From a virus (Duplodnaviria; Caudoviricetes): a stretch of DNA of 30,667 bases. Position numbers and translations under genes: made by a program. The notes under the pieces are model-generated. The model saw only the letters and a list, made by a program, of their open reading frames with translations. It did not search any database and was not told the DNA's origin. This document shows positions 1 through 8,371 of the stretch, piece by piece; within the stretch, counting starts at the first letter, position 1, and each line of letters starts with the position of its first letter. Location of the stretch: positions 1-30,667 of the IMG/VR virus record IMGVR_UViG_3300032232_000969, one strand, 5' to 3'.

Positions 1-2
1 CT

Positions 3-398
3 ACTAAAGGCGCAGCCGCTGCTATTACTACAAATGTAACACCAAGTATGTCATACGCTCCATCTGTATCCATTCAACAGTTGTCACCTGAAGCTCAGAT
101 GGCAAAGCTTGAAATGGAAAAGAAGCAGATGGATATTGATAATGCAAAACAGGATGAACATTGGGCCAAGGCATATTGGCGCCCAGCAATGGGTTGGTTG
201 TATATGCTTATATGCTTGGTAGACTTTGTTGTATTCCCAGCAATCGCAATGTTCTTACCAATCGTAACAAAACTACAGTATGTCGCATGGCAGTCACTAT
301 CACTATCTAATGGTGGTTTGATTCATATGGCATTCGGTGCTATTCTTGGAGTTGCTGCTTATGGTAGAACTCAAGAAAAGGTAGCCAGTAAGCAATAA
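3..398 (+). CDS. Putative 3-TM holin-like membrane protein (GTA holin 3TM-like); probably 5'-truncated by the window edge
   Basis: WRPAMGWLY...DFVVFP motif, hydrophobic helices and a GILGVAAYGRTQEK C-terminus. The frame is open from position 3 through the ATG at 48, so the real start may lie upstream. Confidence 0.6.
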   Translation, partial: TKGAAAAITTNVTPSMSYAPSVSIQQLSPEAQMAKLEMEKKQMDIDNAKQDEHWAKAYWRPAMGWLYMLICLVDFVVFPAIAMFLPIVTKLQYVAWQSLSLSNGGLIHMAFGAILGVAAYGRTQEKVASKQ

Positions 399-401
399 CA
401 C

Positions 402-430
402 TTGACTTTTGCTGTAACCTATTATATAAT
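402..430 (+). promoter_or_regulatory. sigma70-type early/middle promoter for gp43
   Basis: TTGACT (402-407), 17-nt spacer, TATAAT (425-430); GGAGG RBS at about 443-447 before ATG 452. Confidence 0.85.
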
Positions 431-451
431 TAATGATATTTTGGAGGTATT

Positions 452-2935
452 ATGGCTTTTTACACTAGTGTTTTTCAACGTGGCGATAAAATTTATATGC
501 GTGGCTTCGATAAAGGGCTGCGCATATCAGACATTGATTATTACAAGCCGTATATGTTTATACCGAAACAAGGCGGTAAGTATAAAACATTAGACGGTAG
601 GGATGTTGGTCGTATTGACTTCGATAGTATCGGAGACGCCAAAGATTTCGTAGAGAAGTACAAAGATGTTTCAAATATGGAAATATTTGGCATCAATACA
701 TTCGCATATCTATACATTTTTGATAAGTTCAAGGGTGATATTGATTATGATCCGCAGCTGGTACGCATTGGTACATTGGATATTGAGTGCGCAGCTGACG
801 AAGGCTTTCCTGATATTCAGAAGGCAGATAAACCGATCACTGCTATCACTGTGCGTTTCAATAAGAGAAACTATGTGTTTGGTTGCGGTAAGTTTAAGAC
901 AACTGATGAGAACACTCATTATATGGAGTGTAAGGATGAACATGAATTAATTCAGAAATTCCTTGCTTGTTGGCAAGCACTTGACCTTGATGTTGTTACT
1001 GGCTGGAACATTGAGTTTTTTGATATTCCCTATTTGGTTAACCGTATCAAGTTGTTGTTTAATGAGAAAGAAGCAAAGAAACTCTCGCCCTGGAAAATAC
1101 TTGATGAGAAAATGATTGAGTTCAGAGGTAAGGAAAATCAAAGCTACAATCCATTTGGTTTGGCTGTTCTTGATTACTATCAGTTGTACCGTAAGTTTAC
1201 ATTTGGCAATCAAGAGAGCTATAAGCTAGACTTCATTGCTCAAATGGAATTGGGCGAGAAGAAGCTAGATTATTCTGAATATGGTAATCTATTAGATTTG
1301 TACAAAAACAACTACCAAAAGTTTATTGAGTATAACATTCATGACTGTGTACTCGTTGATCGTCTTGATGATAAGTTGAAGTTTCTTGAACAGGTTATGG
1401 CGCTTGCTTATGATGCCAAGGTGAATTACCAAGACACAATGACGACTGTACGTACATGGGATATTATAATCCACAACTATTTACTTTCAAACAATATTGT
1501 TGTACCACAATTTAAGAAGCAACACGATCATGATGCATTGATTGGTGGCTTCGTTAAAGAAGTACGACCTGGCTTAAGTAAGTGGGTTGTTAGTTTCGAT
1601 CTTAACAGTTTGTATCCACACTTGATTATGCAATATAACATTAGTCCTGAAACTTTTGTTCGTAGAAAACAAGGATTTCGAACTATTGATAATTTGTTAA
1701 CAGGAGCTTTCGAAGGCGCTACGTTTCAAAAAGAAATAATGCAAGATAATTATTGTATCGCTGCTAATGGTTGTATGTATCGCAAAGATAAGCAAGGGTT
1801 TCTTCCTGCGCTAATGGAGAAAATGTATAATGACCGTGTTGTTTTCAAGAAAAAAATGATCGAGTCAAAACAAAGCTATGAAAAAACGAAGAGCAAGGAA
1901 GATGAAAAACTCATCGCTCGCTATCATAATATGCAAATGGCTAAAAAAATTCAGCTTAACTCAGCTTACGGTGCTTTGGGGAACCAGTACTTCAGATGGT
2001 TTAATTTCAATCATGCCGAAGCCATTACAACTTCAGGCCAACTCTCTATTAGGTGGATCGAACAGAAAATGAATCAGTATATGAACAAGATATGTAAAAC
2101 AACTGATGTTGATTACGTTATCGCTGCTGATACTGATTCTATCTATGTTACATTTGAGAAGTTGATTCCTGATGGTAGTGATGAGTTACACGCTGTTGAT
2201 CTAATTGATAAGTTTTGTGAAACTAAAATTCAACATTACATTAACAGCTGTTATGATGAGTTGGCTGGTATGATGAACGCTTATCAGCAGAAGATGCAGA
2301 TGAAGCGCGAAACAATTGCCAACAAAGGCATTTGGAAAGCAAAGAAGATGTATATCCTTAATGCTTGGAATGTTGAGGGTGTACAATATGATAAGCCGAA
2401 GCTAAAGATTCAGGGAATCGAGGCTGTTCGTTCATCAACTCCATATGCCTGTCGTGAGAATATTAAAACTGCTCTTAGTATTATCATGAACGAAAACGAG
2501 GCAGCTCTTCATAGGTTTATTCAGGAGTTTCGTGAGAAATTTATGTTGCTGCCGTTCGAGGATGTAGCGTTTCCCCGTGGTGTTAAGGGATTAAGTAAGT
2601 ACCGAGATGCGAGTGCTATCTATAAGTCAGCTACTCCAATTCAAGTTAAAGGTTCGCTGATTTTCAATCATATGTTGAAGCAGTATGATATCAAATCTAT
2701 TCCTCCGATTATGGATGGCGATAAGATCAAGTTCGCTTATCTCAAAACACCTAATCCAATTGGTGAAACTGTTATCGCAACTGCTGATTATATACCGACT
2801 GAATTTAACCTTGATAAGTATATCGACAGAGATATACAATTTGATAAGGCATTCTTGGACCCACTCAAAGCTATTACAGAGGTGATCGGATGGCAGGTAG
2901 AACAAAAGGCAACGCTGGAGGGATTTTTCAGTTGA
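452..2935 (+). CDS. 43: T4-like family B DNA polymerase (gp43)
   Basis: Exonuclease motifs LDIEC, GWNIEFFDIPY and YNIHD; polymerase motifs SFDLNSLYP, KIQLNSAYG and DTDS; C-terminal clamp-binding-like TLEGFF. Confidence 0.97.
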   Translation: MAFYTSVFQRGDKIYMRGFDKGLRISDIDYYKPYMFIPKQGGKYKTLDGRDVGRIDFDSIGDAKDFVEKYKDVSNMEIFGINTFAYLYIFDKFKGDIDYDPQLVRIGTLDIECAADEGFPDIQKADKPITAITVRFNKRNYVFGCGKFKTTDENTHYMECKDEHELIQKFLACWQALDLDVVTGWNIEFFDIPYLVNRIKLLFNEKEAKKLSPWKILDEKMIEFRGKENQSYNPFGLAVLDYYQLYRKFTFGNQESYKLDFIAQMELGEKKLDYSEYGNLLDLYKNNYQKFIEYNIHDCVLVDRLDDKLKFLEQVMALAYDAKVNYQDTMTTVRTWDIIIHNYLLSNNIVVPQFKKQHDHDALIGGFVKEVRPGLSKWVVSFDLNSLYPHLIMQYNISPETFVRRKQGFRTIDNLLTGAFEGATFQKEIMQDNYCIAANGCMYRKDKQGFLPALMEKMYNDRVVFKKKMIESKQSYEKTKSKEDEKLIARYHNMQMAKKIQLNSAYGALGNQYFRWFNFNHAEAITTSGQLSIRWIEQKMNQYMNKICKTTDVDYVIAADTDSIYVTFEKLIPDGSDELHAVDLIDKFCETKIQHYINSCYDELAGMMNAYQQKMQMKRETIANKGIWKAKKMYILNAWNVEGVQYDKPKLKIQGIEAVRSSTPYACRENIKTALSIIMNENEAALHRFIQEFREKFMLLPFEDVAFPRGVKGLSKYRDASAIYKSATPIQVKGSLIFNHMLKQYDIKSIPPIMDGDKIKFAYLKTPNPIGETVIATADYIPTEFNLDKYIDRDIQFDKAFLDPLKAITEVIGWQVEQKATLEGFFS

Positions 2936-3135
2936 ACGAAGAACATGATGATTTCGGATTTACATTTTTAGACTCTAATGATGCAACAGATAAGGTGCAA
3001 GGATTGAGGGATATGATTATGCCTCTGTTAAACAATCTAATGAAGAATCCTGAGAAGGATACTATCGTTTGGCCCAACAGAGACAAAGCAATTAAATCAT
3101 TCATTCAAAAAATGGATGATTATATTAACAGTTGA
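2890..3135 (+). CDS. Small conserved T4-like hypothetical protein (start could be TTG 2932)
   Basis: DFGFTF...IMPLLNNLMKNPEK..I.WPNR pattern; fills the gap between gp43 and the uvsX promoter. Confidence 0.7.
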   Translation: MAGRTKGNAGGIFQLNEEHDDFGFTFLDSNDATDKVQGLRDMIMPLLNNLMKNPEKDTIVWPNRDKAIKSFIQKMDDYINS

Positions 3136-3160
3136 CTTCCCTTATGAAATAAGGTATACT
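3132..3160 (+). promoter_or_regulatory. sigma70-type promoter for the uvsX-gp41 operon
   Basis: TTGACT (3132-3137), 17-nt spacer, TATACT (3155-3160); same -35 hexamer as the gp43 promoter. Confidence 0.8.
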
Positions 3161-3237
3161 AAATTATGTTACGAGATTGGTTCTTTCACAAAAGTCCATT
3201 TAATGAAGCTCAAAACCCATTTAATAGAGGATACGGT

Positions 3238-4281
3238 ATGTCGCTTAAAGATCGTTTGATTAAGAATTCCACAATTGATTTGACCTCAACTCTCACAGAT
3301 AGCAAGATCTTCACCAAGAAGGATATGATCCCAACATCTGTTCCTATGATCAACGTTGCATTGTCTGGGTCAGTTGATGGTGGTATTACTCCTGGCTTGA
3401 CTATGTTGGCTGGTCCTTCTAAACATTTCAAGACTGGTTTTGCTCTTCTCCTTGCTTCCTCTTTTCTAAAGAAGTATCCTGATGGCATCATTTTGTTTTA
3501 TGATAGTGAGTTTGGTACCCCACAGTCTTATTTCCAAACCTTTGGTATCCCGTTTGATAGTGTGGTGCATACACCGATCACTGACGTGGAAGAGCTGAAG
3601 TTCGATATTATGCAACAAATGAAGCAGTTGACTCGTGAAGATCACGTTATGATCATCATCGACTCGATTGGTAATCTTGCTTCAAAGAAAGAAGTAGAAG
3701 ATGCGCTCGATGGTAAGAGCGTAGCGGATATGACTCGAGCCAAGCAGCTTAAGTCGCTCTTCCGTATGATTACGCCTCATCTGTCTCTTAAGGACATTCC
3801 TATGGCAGTTATCAATCATACGTATAAGGAAATTGGCTTGTACCCCAAGGACATCGTCGGTGGTGGTACTGGTTCTTATTATGGTTCAGATAACATTTGG
3901 ATCCTTGGTCGTCAACAGGAAAAGGATGCCGATGGCATCAGTGGTTATCACTTTGTAATCAACGTGGAGAAGTCTAGATATGTCAGAGAAAAGTCAAAGA
4001 TTCCAATCACCGTATCATTCGAGGGCGGTATTAACCGCTGGAGTGGTTTGCTTGATGTTGCTCTTGATGGTGGTTATATTGTGAAGCCAAAGAATGGCTG
4101 GTACGCTACAGTAGATAAGGAAACTGGCGAGGTTCGTCAGCCTTCTATGCGTGCTGGTGATATTGTAGACAATAAAAAGTTCTGGATTGATATGTTCAGC
4201 AATACTGACTTCGCCAAGTATATTGAGAACAAGTATAAGATGGCTACTGGCGCAATTATGGAGACCGAAGATGACGAGTAA
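3238..4281 (+). CDS. uvsX: UvsX RecA-like recombinase
   Basis: Walker A variant GPSKHFKT, YDSEFG, IIIDSIGNLASKKE and GGGTG. The likely start is ATG 3238 (MSLKDRL) after an AGAGGA RBS, not 3166. Confidence 0.95.
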   Translation: MSLKDRLIKNSTIDLTSTLTDSKIFTKKDMIPTSVPMINVALSGSVDGGITPGLTMLAGPSKHFKTGFALLLASSFLKKYPDGIILFYDSEFGTPQSYFQTFGIPFDSVVHTPITDVEELKFDIMQQMKQLTREDHVMIIIDSIGNLASKKEVEDALDGKSVADMTRAKQLKSLFRMITPHLSLKDIPMAVINHTYKEIGLYPKDIVGGGTGSYYGSDNIWILGRQQEKDADGISGYHFVINVEKSRYVREKSKIPITVSFEGGINRWSGLLDVALDGGYIVKPKNGWYATVDKETGEVRQPSMRAGDIVDNKKFWIDMFSNTDFAKYIENKYKMATGAIMETEDDE

Positions 4282-4507
4282 TGTTGGTTGGAAAAACATA
4301 TCAACATTTTGGAGCGATGATCACAGCAAGAAAGCAACTGTAAATGTTGATAAATCAACATGCTGCTATTTTGTTGATTACTACATGAACGATTGTCATG
4401 TTAATTCTAAATCCTACCCAGGCAAAAGCTTATACTGGGTTGAGGACGCAGCTGAAAATTATACTCACGGCATTTTGTACCCAGACGACAATGTCAAAGC
4501 TTCTTAA
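4271..4507 (+). CDS. Hypothetical protein between uvsX and gp41
   Basis: ATG 4271 overlaps the uvsX end; 78 aa containing GKSLYWVEDAAENY. Confidence 0.65.
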   Translation: MTSNVGWKNISTFWSDDHSKKATVNVDKSTCCYFVDYYMNDCHVNSKSYPGKSLYWVEDAAENYTHGILYPDDNVKAS

Positions 4508-4594
4508 TTATACAGCACCATTAAGACCCTCGGTGGAAATAGGTTCACCGAGGCTGGCGAAGTTTGCGAAAGACGTAACGGAGAATAGGTGGAC

Positions 4595-6001
4595 ATGGCG
4601 ATTGAAAATGCGATTTTTGGGAACCTGGTATACAATGAAGAATACGCTCGCAAGTGCATACCCTTTCTCAAAGAGGAATATTTCTCTACGCAGGATCAAA
4701 AAGCGTTATTCAGACTCATTAAAGGATATGTAGACAAGTATAATGCATTTCCTACTAAGGAAGTTATGGCAATTGATCTGGCCAATACAGAGGGCATCAG
4801 CGAAGATACCTTTAAGAATTGTAAGGAATTGATCAATGGTCTCACACATGACAAAAGTACCAAAATCGATTGGCTCTTGGAACAAACAGAAAAATTCTGT
4901 CAGGACAAGGCGATCTATAATGCGATTATGGCGTCAATCGGGATTCTTGATGATAGCTCTGGTAAAACCTCGAAAGGGGCAATACCGCAAATCCTTACCG
5001 ATGCGCTTGCAGTATCCTTTGACACACACATTGGTCATGATTTCCTTGAAGATGCGGACTCACGCTATGACTTCTACCACACCAAGGAAGAAAGAATCCC
5101 CTTCGACCTCGACTTCTTTAACAAGATCACGCAAGGTGGGTTGCCTAAGAAAACGCTGAACATTGCTCTGGCAGGTACTGGTGTCGGTAAATCGCTGTTC
5201 ATGTGTCATTGTGCCGCTGCTAATCTAATCAAGGGATATAATGTATTGTATATCACACTTGAAATGGCAGAAGAGCGTATTGCCGAGCGTATCGATGCTA
5301 ATCTTCTTGACGTGACTCTTGATGAGCTTAAGTTGTTGCCTAAAGATGCATATGATAAGAAGATAGCACGTGTCAGAGGCAAAACCAATCATAAGCTTAT
5401 CGTCAAGGAATATCCTACAGCATGTGCTGGCAGTGCCAACTTCCGTCATCTATTGAATGAGTTGAAGATCAAGAAAAACTTTATGCCCGATGTTATCTAC
5501 ATCGATTACCTGAATATCTGTATGTCATCGAGGATTAAACATGGAGCCAACGTCAATTCTTATACCCTTATCAAAGCAATCGCAGAAGAGCTACGAGGGT
5601 TGGCAGTTGAATTCAATGTACCTATCATCTCCGCAACTCAGACAACTCGAAGCGGATATTCGAACAGCGACGTGGGATTGGAAGATACATCAGAATCCTT
5701 TGGACTCCCAGCCACAGCTGATTTTATGTTTGCACTCATTAAGCAGTCCGAGGAGTTGGCGGACCTCAATCAAATTGTGGTTAAGCAGCTTAAGAATAGA
5801 TACGGCGATCCCAATCTTAATTCTCGGTTTATCGTTGGGGTGGATCGCAGCAAGATGCGTCTCTATGATGTAGAAAATTCGGCTCAGGAAGATCTACTTG
5901 ATGGTCCTGTGATGGATAATACTAAATTTGGTAATGAAGACAACGAGCGTAGTAAACCTAAGAGTAAGTTTGATAGAGCTAAGTTTGCGGGGTTCAAGTG
6001 A
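4595..6001 (+). CDS. 41: T4-like replicative DnaB-family helicase (gp41)
   Basis: Walker A AGTGVGKS, YITLEMAEE, IYIDYLNI, SATQTTRSG, SESFGLPATAD and KQLKNRY. Start is ATG 4595 or GTG 4589. Confidence 0.96.
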   Translation: MAIENAIFGNLVYNEEYARKCIPFLKEEYFSTQDQKALFRLIKGYVDKYNAFPTKEVMAIDLANTEGISEDTFKNCKELINGLTHDKSTKIDWLLEQTEKFCQDKAIYNAIMASIGILDDSSGKTSKGAIPQILTDALAVSFDTHIGHDFLEDADSRYDFYHTKEERIPFDLDFFNKITQGGLPKKTLNIALAGTGVGKSLFMCHCAAANLIKGYNVLYITLEMAEERIAERIDANLLDVTLDELKLLPKDAYDKKIARVRGKTNHKLIVKEYPTACAGSANFRHLLNELKIKKNFMPDVIYIDYLNICMSSRIKHGANVNSYTLIKAIAEELRGLAVEFNVPIISATQTTRSGYSNSDVGLEDTSESFGLPATADFMFALIKQSEELADLNQIVVKQLKNRYGDPNLNSRFIVGVDRSKMRLYDVENSAQEDLLDGPVMDNTKFGNEDNERSKPKSKFDRAKFAGFK

Positions 6002-6228
6002 CAGAAAAAGTAATTAAAGGTTTCGTGATTGTTCCTCCTGGCGATCTGGCCTGGAAGTTAGGATATTGGACATTTGCTCCTACTCCTGAGGAAGCATGGT
6101 ATAGAAAGCTTGGTCATGAGGTAGCCGATATCGATCGTCCTACTCGCATTCAGGCTTGGCACGACAGAGGCCATAGGCTCAGAGAAGCAACTTTAACTAT
6201 TCATGAGGGTGAAGATGAGCAAGCGTAA
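5998..6228 (+). CDS. Hypothetical protein
   Basis: GTGA start/stop overlap with gp41; 76 aa. Confidence 0.6.
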   Translation: MTEKVIKGFVIVPPGDLAWKLGYWTFAPTPEEAWYRKLGHEVADIDRPTRIQAWHDRGHRLREATLTIHEGEDEQA

Positions 6229-6439
6229 GATGAATTACAATCTGGTTGAAGGCAAGGATAAGAGCATGTATGATGTTCTTGAAGAAACAACTAATCAGGT
6301 TATCAAGTCATTTCCTGGTGATAAGTTCCTTGAAGCACGTTCATTGATGCGTCATTTGAATTTAGGTGGTGGATTTGATGGATTTACTCCAACTTTTTTG
6401 CTAAAAAACTTCAAATCTTATATAAATAAAACTACGTAA
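6215..6439 (+). CDS. Hypothetical protein (HLNLGGGFDGFTP motif)
   Basis: ATG 6215 follows a GAGGG RBS and overlaps the previous ORF end. Confidence 0.65.
   Translation: MSKRKMNYNLVEGKDKSMYDVLEETTNQVIKSFPGDKFLEARSLMRHLNLGGGFDGFTPTFLLKNFKSYINKTT
6421..6428 (+). promoter_or_regulatory. T4-type late promoter
   Basis: Exact TATAAATA (gp55 consensus) immediately before a structured non-coding region. Confidence 0.75.
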
Positions 6440-6570
6440 TGAACATGTATGCGCAGCTATAGCTGTTGCAGAGGCACGAGTCCAATAGGAGACTAAGGAA
6501 TAGTTGAGAGCAAACGGTGGGGTTCCGCTCAACCATGTCTACGTTAAGGAGAGCTTCGGCTCTCCTTTTT
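6434..6570 (+). ncRNA. Candidate structured ncRNA of about 135 nt, family unassigned
   Basis: Bounded by a late promoter and an intrinsic terminator. It has a closing stem, three internal hairpins and a possible pseudoknot (see findings), and no credible ORF. Confidence 0.55.
6546..6570 (+). terminator. Rho-independent terminator
   Basis: AAGGAGAGC-TTCG-GCTCTCCTT stem with a UUCG tetraloop, followed by a T run. Confidence 0.9.
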
Positions 6571-6584
6571 CATTTACCGAGTAT

Positions 6585-6592
6585 TATAAATA
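6585..6592 (+). promoter_or_regulatory. T4-type late promoter
   Basis: TATAAATA directly after the terminator and about 25 nt before ATG 6618. Confidence 0.8.
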
Positions 6593-6617
6593 TAATAAAA
6601 CTTCTCAGGGAATAATT

Positions 6618-7280
6618 ATGATTAAATTCAGCCAATTCGTCGTTGAAGATAAAACCAAGCCAGAAGGTATGCATTTATTTGACATGGATGAAACATTGTT
6701 CGCTCATGATCACCACAAACTCAGAGTGCATGTTACTGATCCTTCTGGTAATAGAGTTAGAACTCTAACCAATCAAGAGTTCAACACTCATCAGCTTCCC
6801 CCAGGTCATAAGTATGACTTCAGCGAGTTTAGAAGCTCAGATATATTTACACAGTCAGCAAAGCCAATTCGTAAAATGATCGCAAAGTTGAAAGCGATTC
6901 AAAAAAATGGTGGCAAGACAGCTATTCTTACTGCCAGATCAGATATGGACGATAAAAATAAGTTTGCTCGTCATATGGGCAAATATGGTATTGATATTGA
7001 TAAGACGCATGTATATAGAGCTGGTAATCTTGAAGGCAAGCCAGCCGATACTAAAGCAATGGTTGTTAGAGATTTAATGAGTAAAAATGGACACAAAAAG
7101 TTACATTTATATGATGATTCTATGGATAATTTAAATGGGTTTCTTAAACTAAAGAAAGATTATCCAGAAACAGAATTTCATGCGCATCATGTTGCACATG
7201 ATTCTAAAACCGGAGATGTTAAAGTTACAACTACATCATTGAAAGAAAAGCCTTCAGATAAAGAAAAGGTAAAGAAATAA
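6618..7280 (+). CDS. HAD-superfamily phosphatase with a capsid-targeting-like N-terminus
   Basis: HAD motif I LFDMDETLF, motif II ILTARS, a Lys in ADTKA and motif IV LYDDS; N-terminus MIKFSQFVVE. Starting at ATG 6618 avoids the terminator. Confidence 0.8.
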   Translation: MIKFSQFVVEDKTKPEGMHLFDMDETLFAHDHHKLRVHVTDPSGNRVRTLTNQEFNTHQLPPGHKYDFSEFRSSDIFTQSAKPIRKMIAKLKAIQKNGGKTAILTARSDMDDKNKFARHMGKYGIDIDKTHVYRAGNLEGKPADTKAMVVRDLMSKNGHKKLHLYDDSMDNLNGFLKLKKDYPETEFHAHHVAHDSKTGDVKVTTTSLKEKPSDKEKVKK

Positions 7281-8371
7281 TGTTGAATTTTATCGATTTG
7301 TATCTAGAAGAAAGTGTTATGAATGACACTGTAGGTCATGACACTGGTGAACGACATAGAAAACAATATTATAGTCCAGAGATTTTCGACCAGTTAGACG
7401 GTCGTTATATTTTAAAAAAGGATCATCCTGATTTTGGAGCCGAAGGTACTGAAGTTAAATTAAGTAAAATTGGCGTTAAGACAGATGCAAAGGGCAAAAT
7501 TAGATACCATGGTATGGTTGGTAGAAAATCTATACCAATGTCTATGTTTAAAAAACCACCTATTGGTAAAGCTGGTAGAACAGATCAATTAAAATTAGAA
7601 GACAATCAAATAAAAGAACTACATTCGTCGATTAAAAGCGAAATTAAAAAGAATGGTGGTAAACCTATTCGTATGCGCCTCCATAATAAAATTGTTACAA
7701 TTGCTGGTATAAAGAAAGTCCCTGGCACTCCTAAAGCTGATGCTTATCTTCACGATGAACATGGAACCCCTGTACATTATATGTCATTAAAAGGAGATAA
7801 ATTTCAACAGTGGGGTGGACATAAAAACATAACTGAACATCCAGTAATGCAAAAAGCAATTGCCAAATTAAAAGCTATAAAAGATTCTATAAATCCTGGT
7901 GAAAAATATTTACCAAAGGCTTCTGCATATCATGTTTCTTTAGATTCGAATAATCCTGAACATAGAGACCTATTAATGAAATCTATGTATGGACATGAAC
8001 ATGGTGGAGAATATGGTATCAATAATGTTCATGCGATTTACAGCGGTAACACTATAGGCATTAAAAAAACAAAACATAAAACTGGTGACGTTTTTGAGTT
8101 TGATCCTAATGCTCTTTATAGAAATACAAACGATCATAAATCAGATACTGTAGATTCAAAGATTCTTGTTACCAATAGAGCTGGCATGAATCAATTGGGT
8201 ACTGGTGGGCGTGTTATGGTTATCCATAAAGATTCGAATGCCAACTCTAAAGAAGCACCCGAACCATCTAATAAGAAAAAACCAAAACCTGCATCCGCCT
8301 CAACTAATGTTTCTTCGAATGAAATGTGGGGTAAAAAGTTCCATGCAGACCACGAAAGAAAAACATCATGA
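7280..8371 (+). CDS. Hypothetical protein, possible PD-(D/E)XK-like nuclease fold
   Basis: GTPKAD...YMSLKG..FQQWGG pattern; N-terminus MLNFIDLYLEE; TAATG coupling to the upstream gene. Confidence 0.55.
   Translation: MLNFIDLYLEESVMNDTVGHDTGERHRKQYYSPEIFDQLDGRYILKKDHPDFGAEGTEVKLSKIGVKTDAKGKIRYHGMVGRKSIPMSMFKKPPIGKAGRTDQLKLEDNQIKELHSSIKSEIKKNGGKPIRMRLHNKIVTIAGIKKVPGTPKADAYLHDEHGTPVHYMSLKGDKFQQWGGHKNITEHPVMQKAIAKLKAIKDSINPGEKYLPKASAYHVSLDSNNPEHRDLLMKSMYGHEHGGEYGINNVHAIYSGNTIGIKKTKHKTGDVFEFDPNALYRNTNDHKSDTVDSKILVTNRAGMNQLGTGGRVMVIHKDSNANSKEAPEPSNKKKPKPASASTNVSSNEMWGKKFHADHERKTS

Noticed and set aside
452-2935. Intein, intron or split in gp43 (also checked gp41 and nrdA)
   Set aside because: The ORFs are continuous, of normal length, and have no obvious splicing or homing motifs.
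6434-6545. tRNA interpretation of the structured region
   Set aside because: No cloverleaf, no T-loop GTTCRA in the right context and no CCA end.
6504-6617. N-terminal extension of the HAD ORF from TTG 6504
   Set aside because: It runs through the candidate ncRNA, the terminator and the late promoter. ATG 6618 has an RBS and the targeting-like N-terminus.
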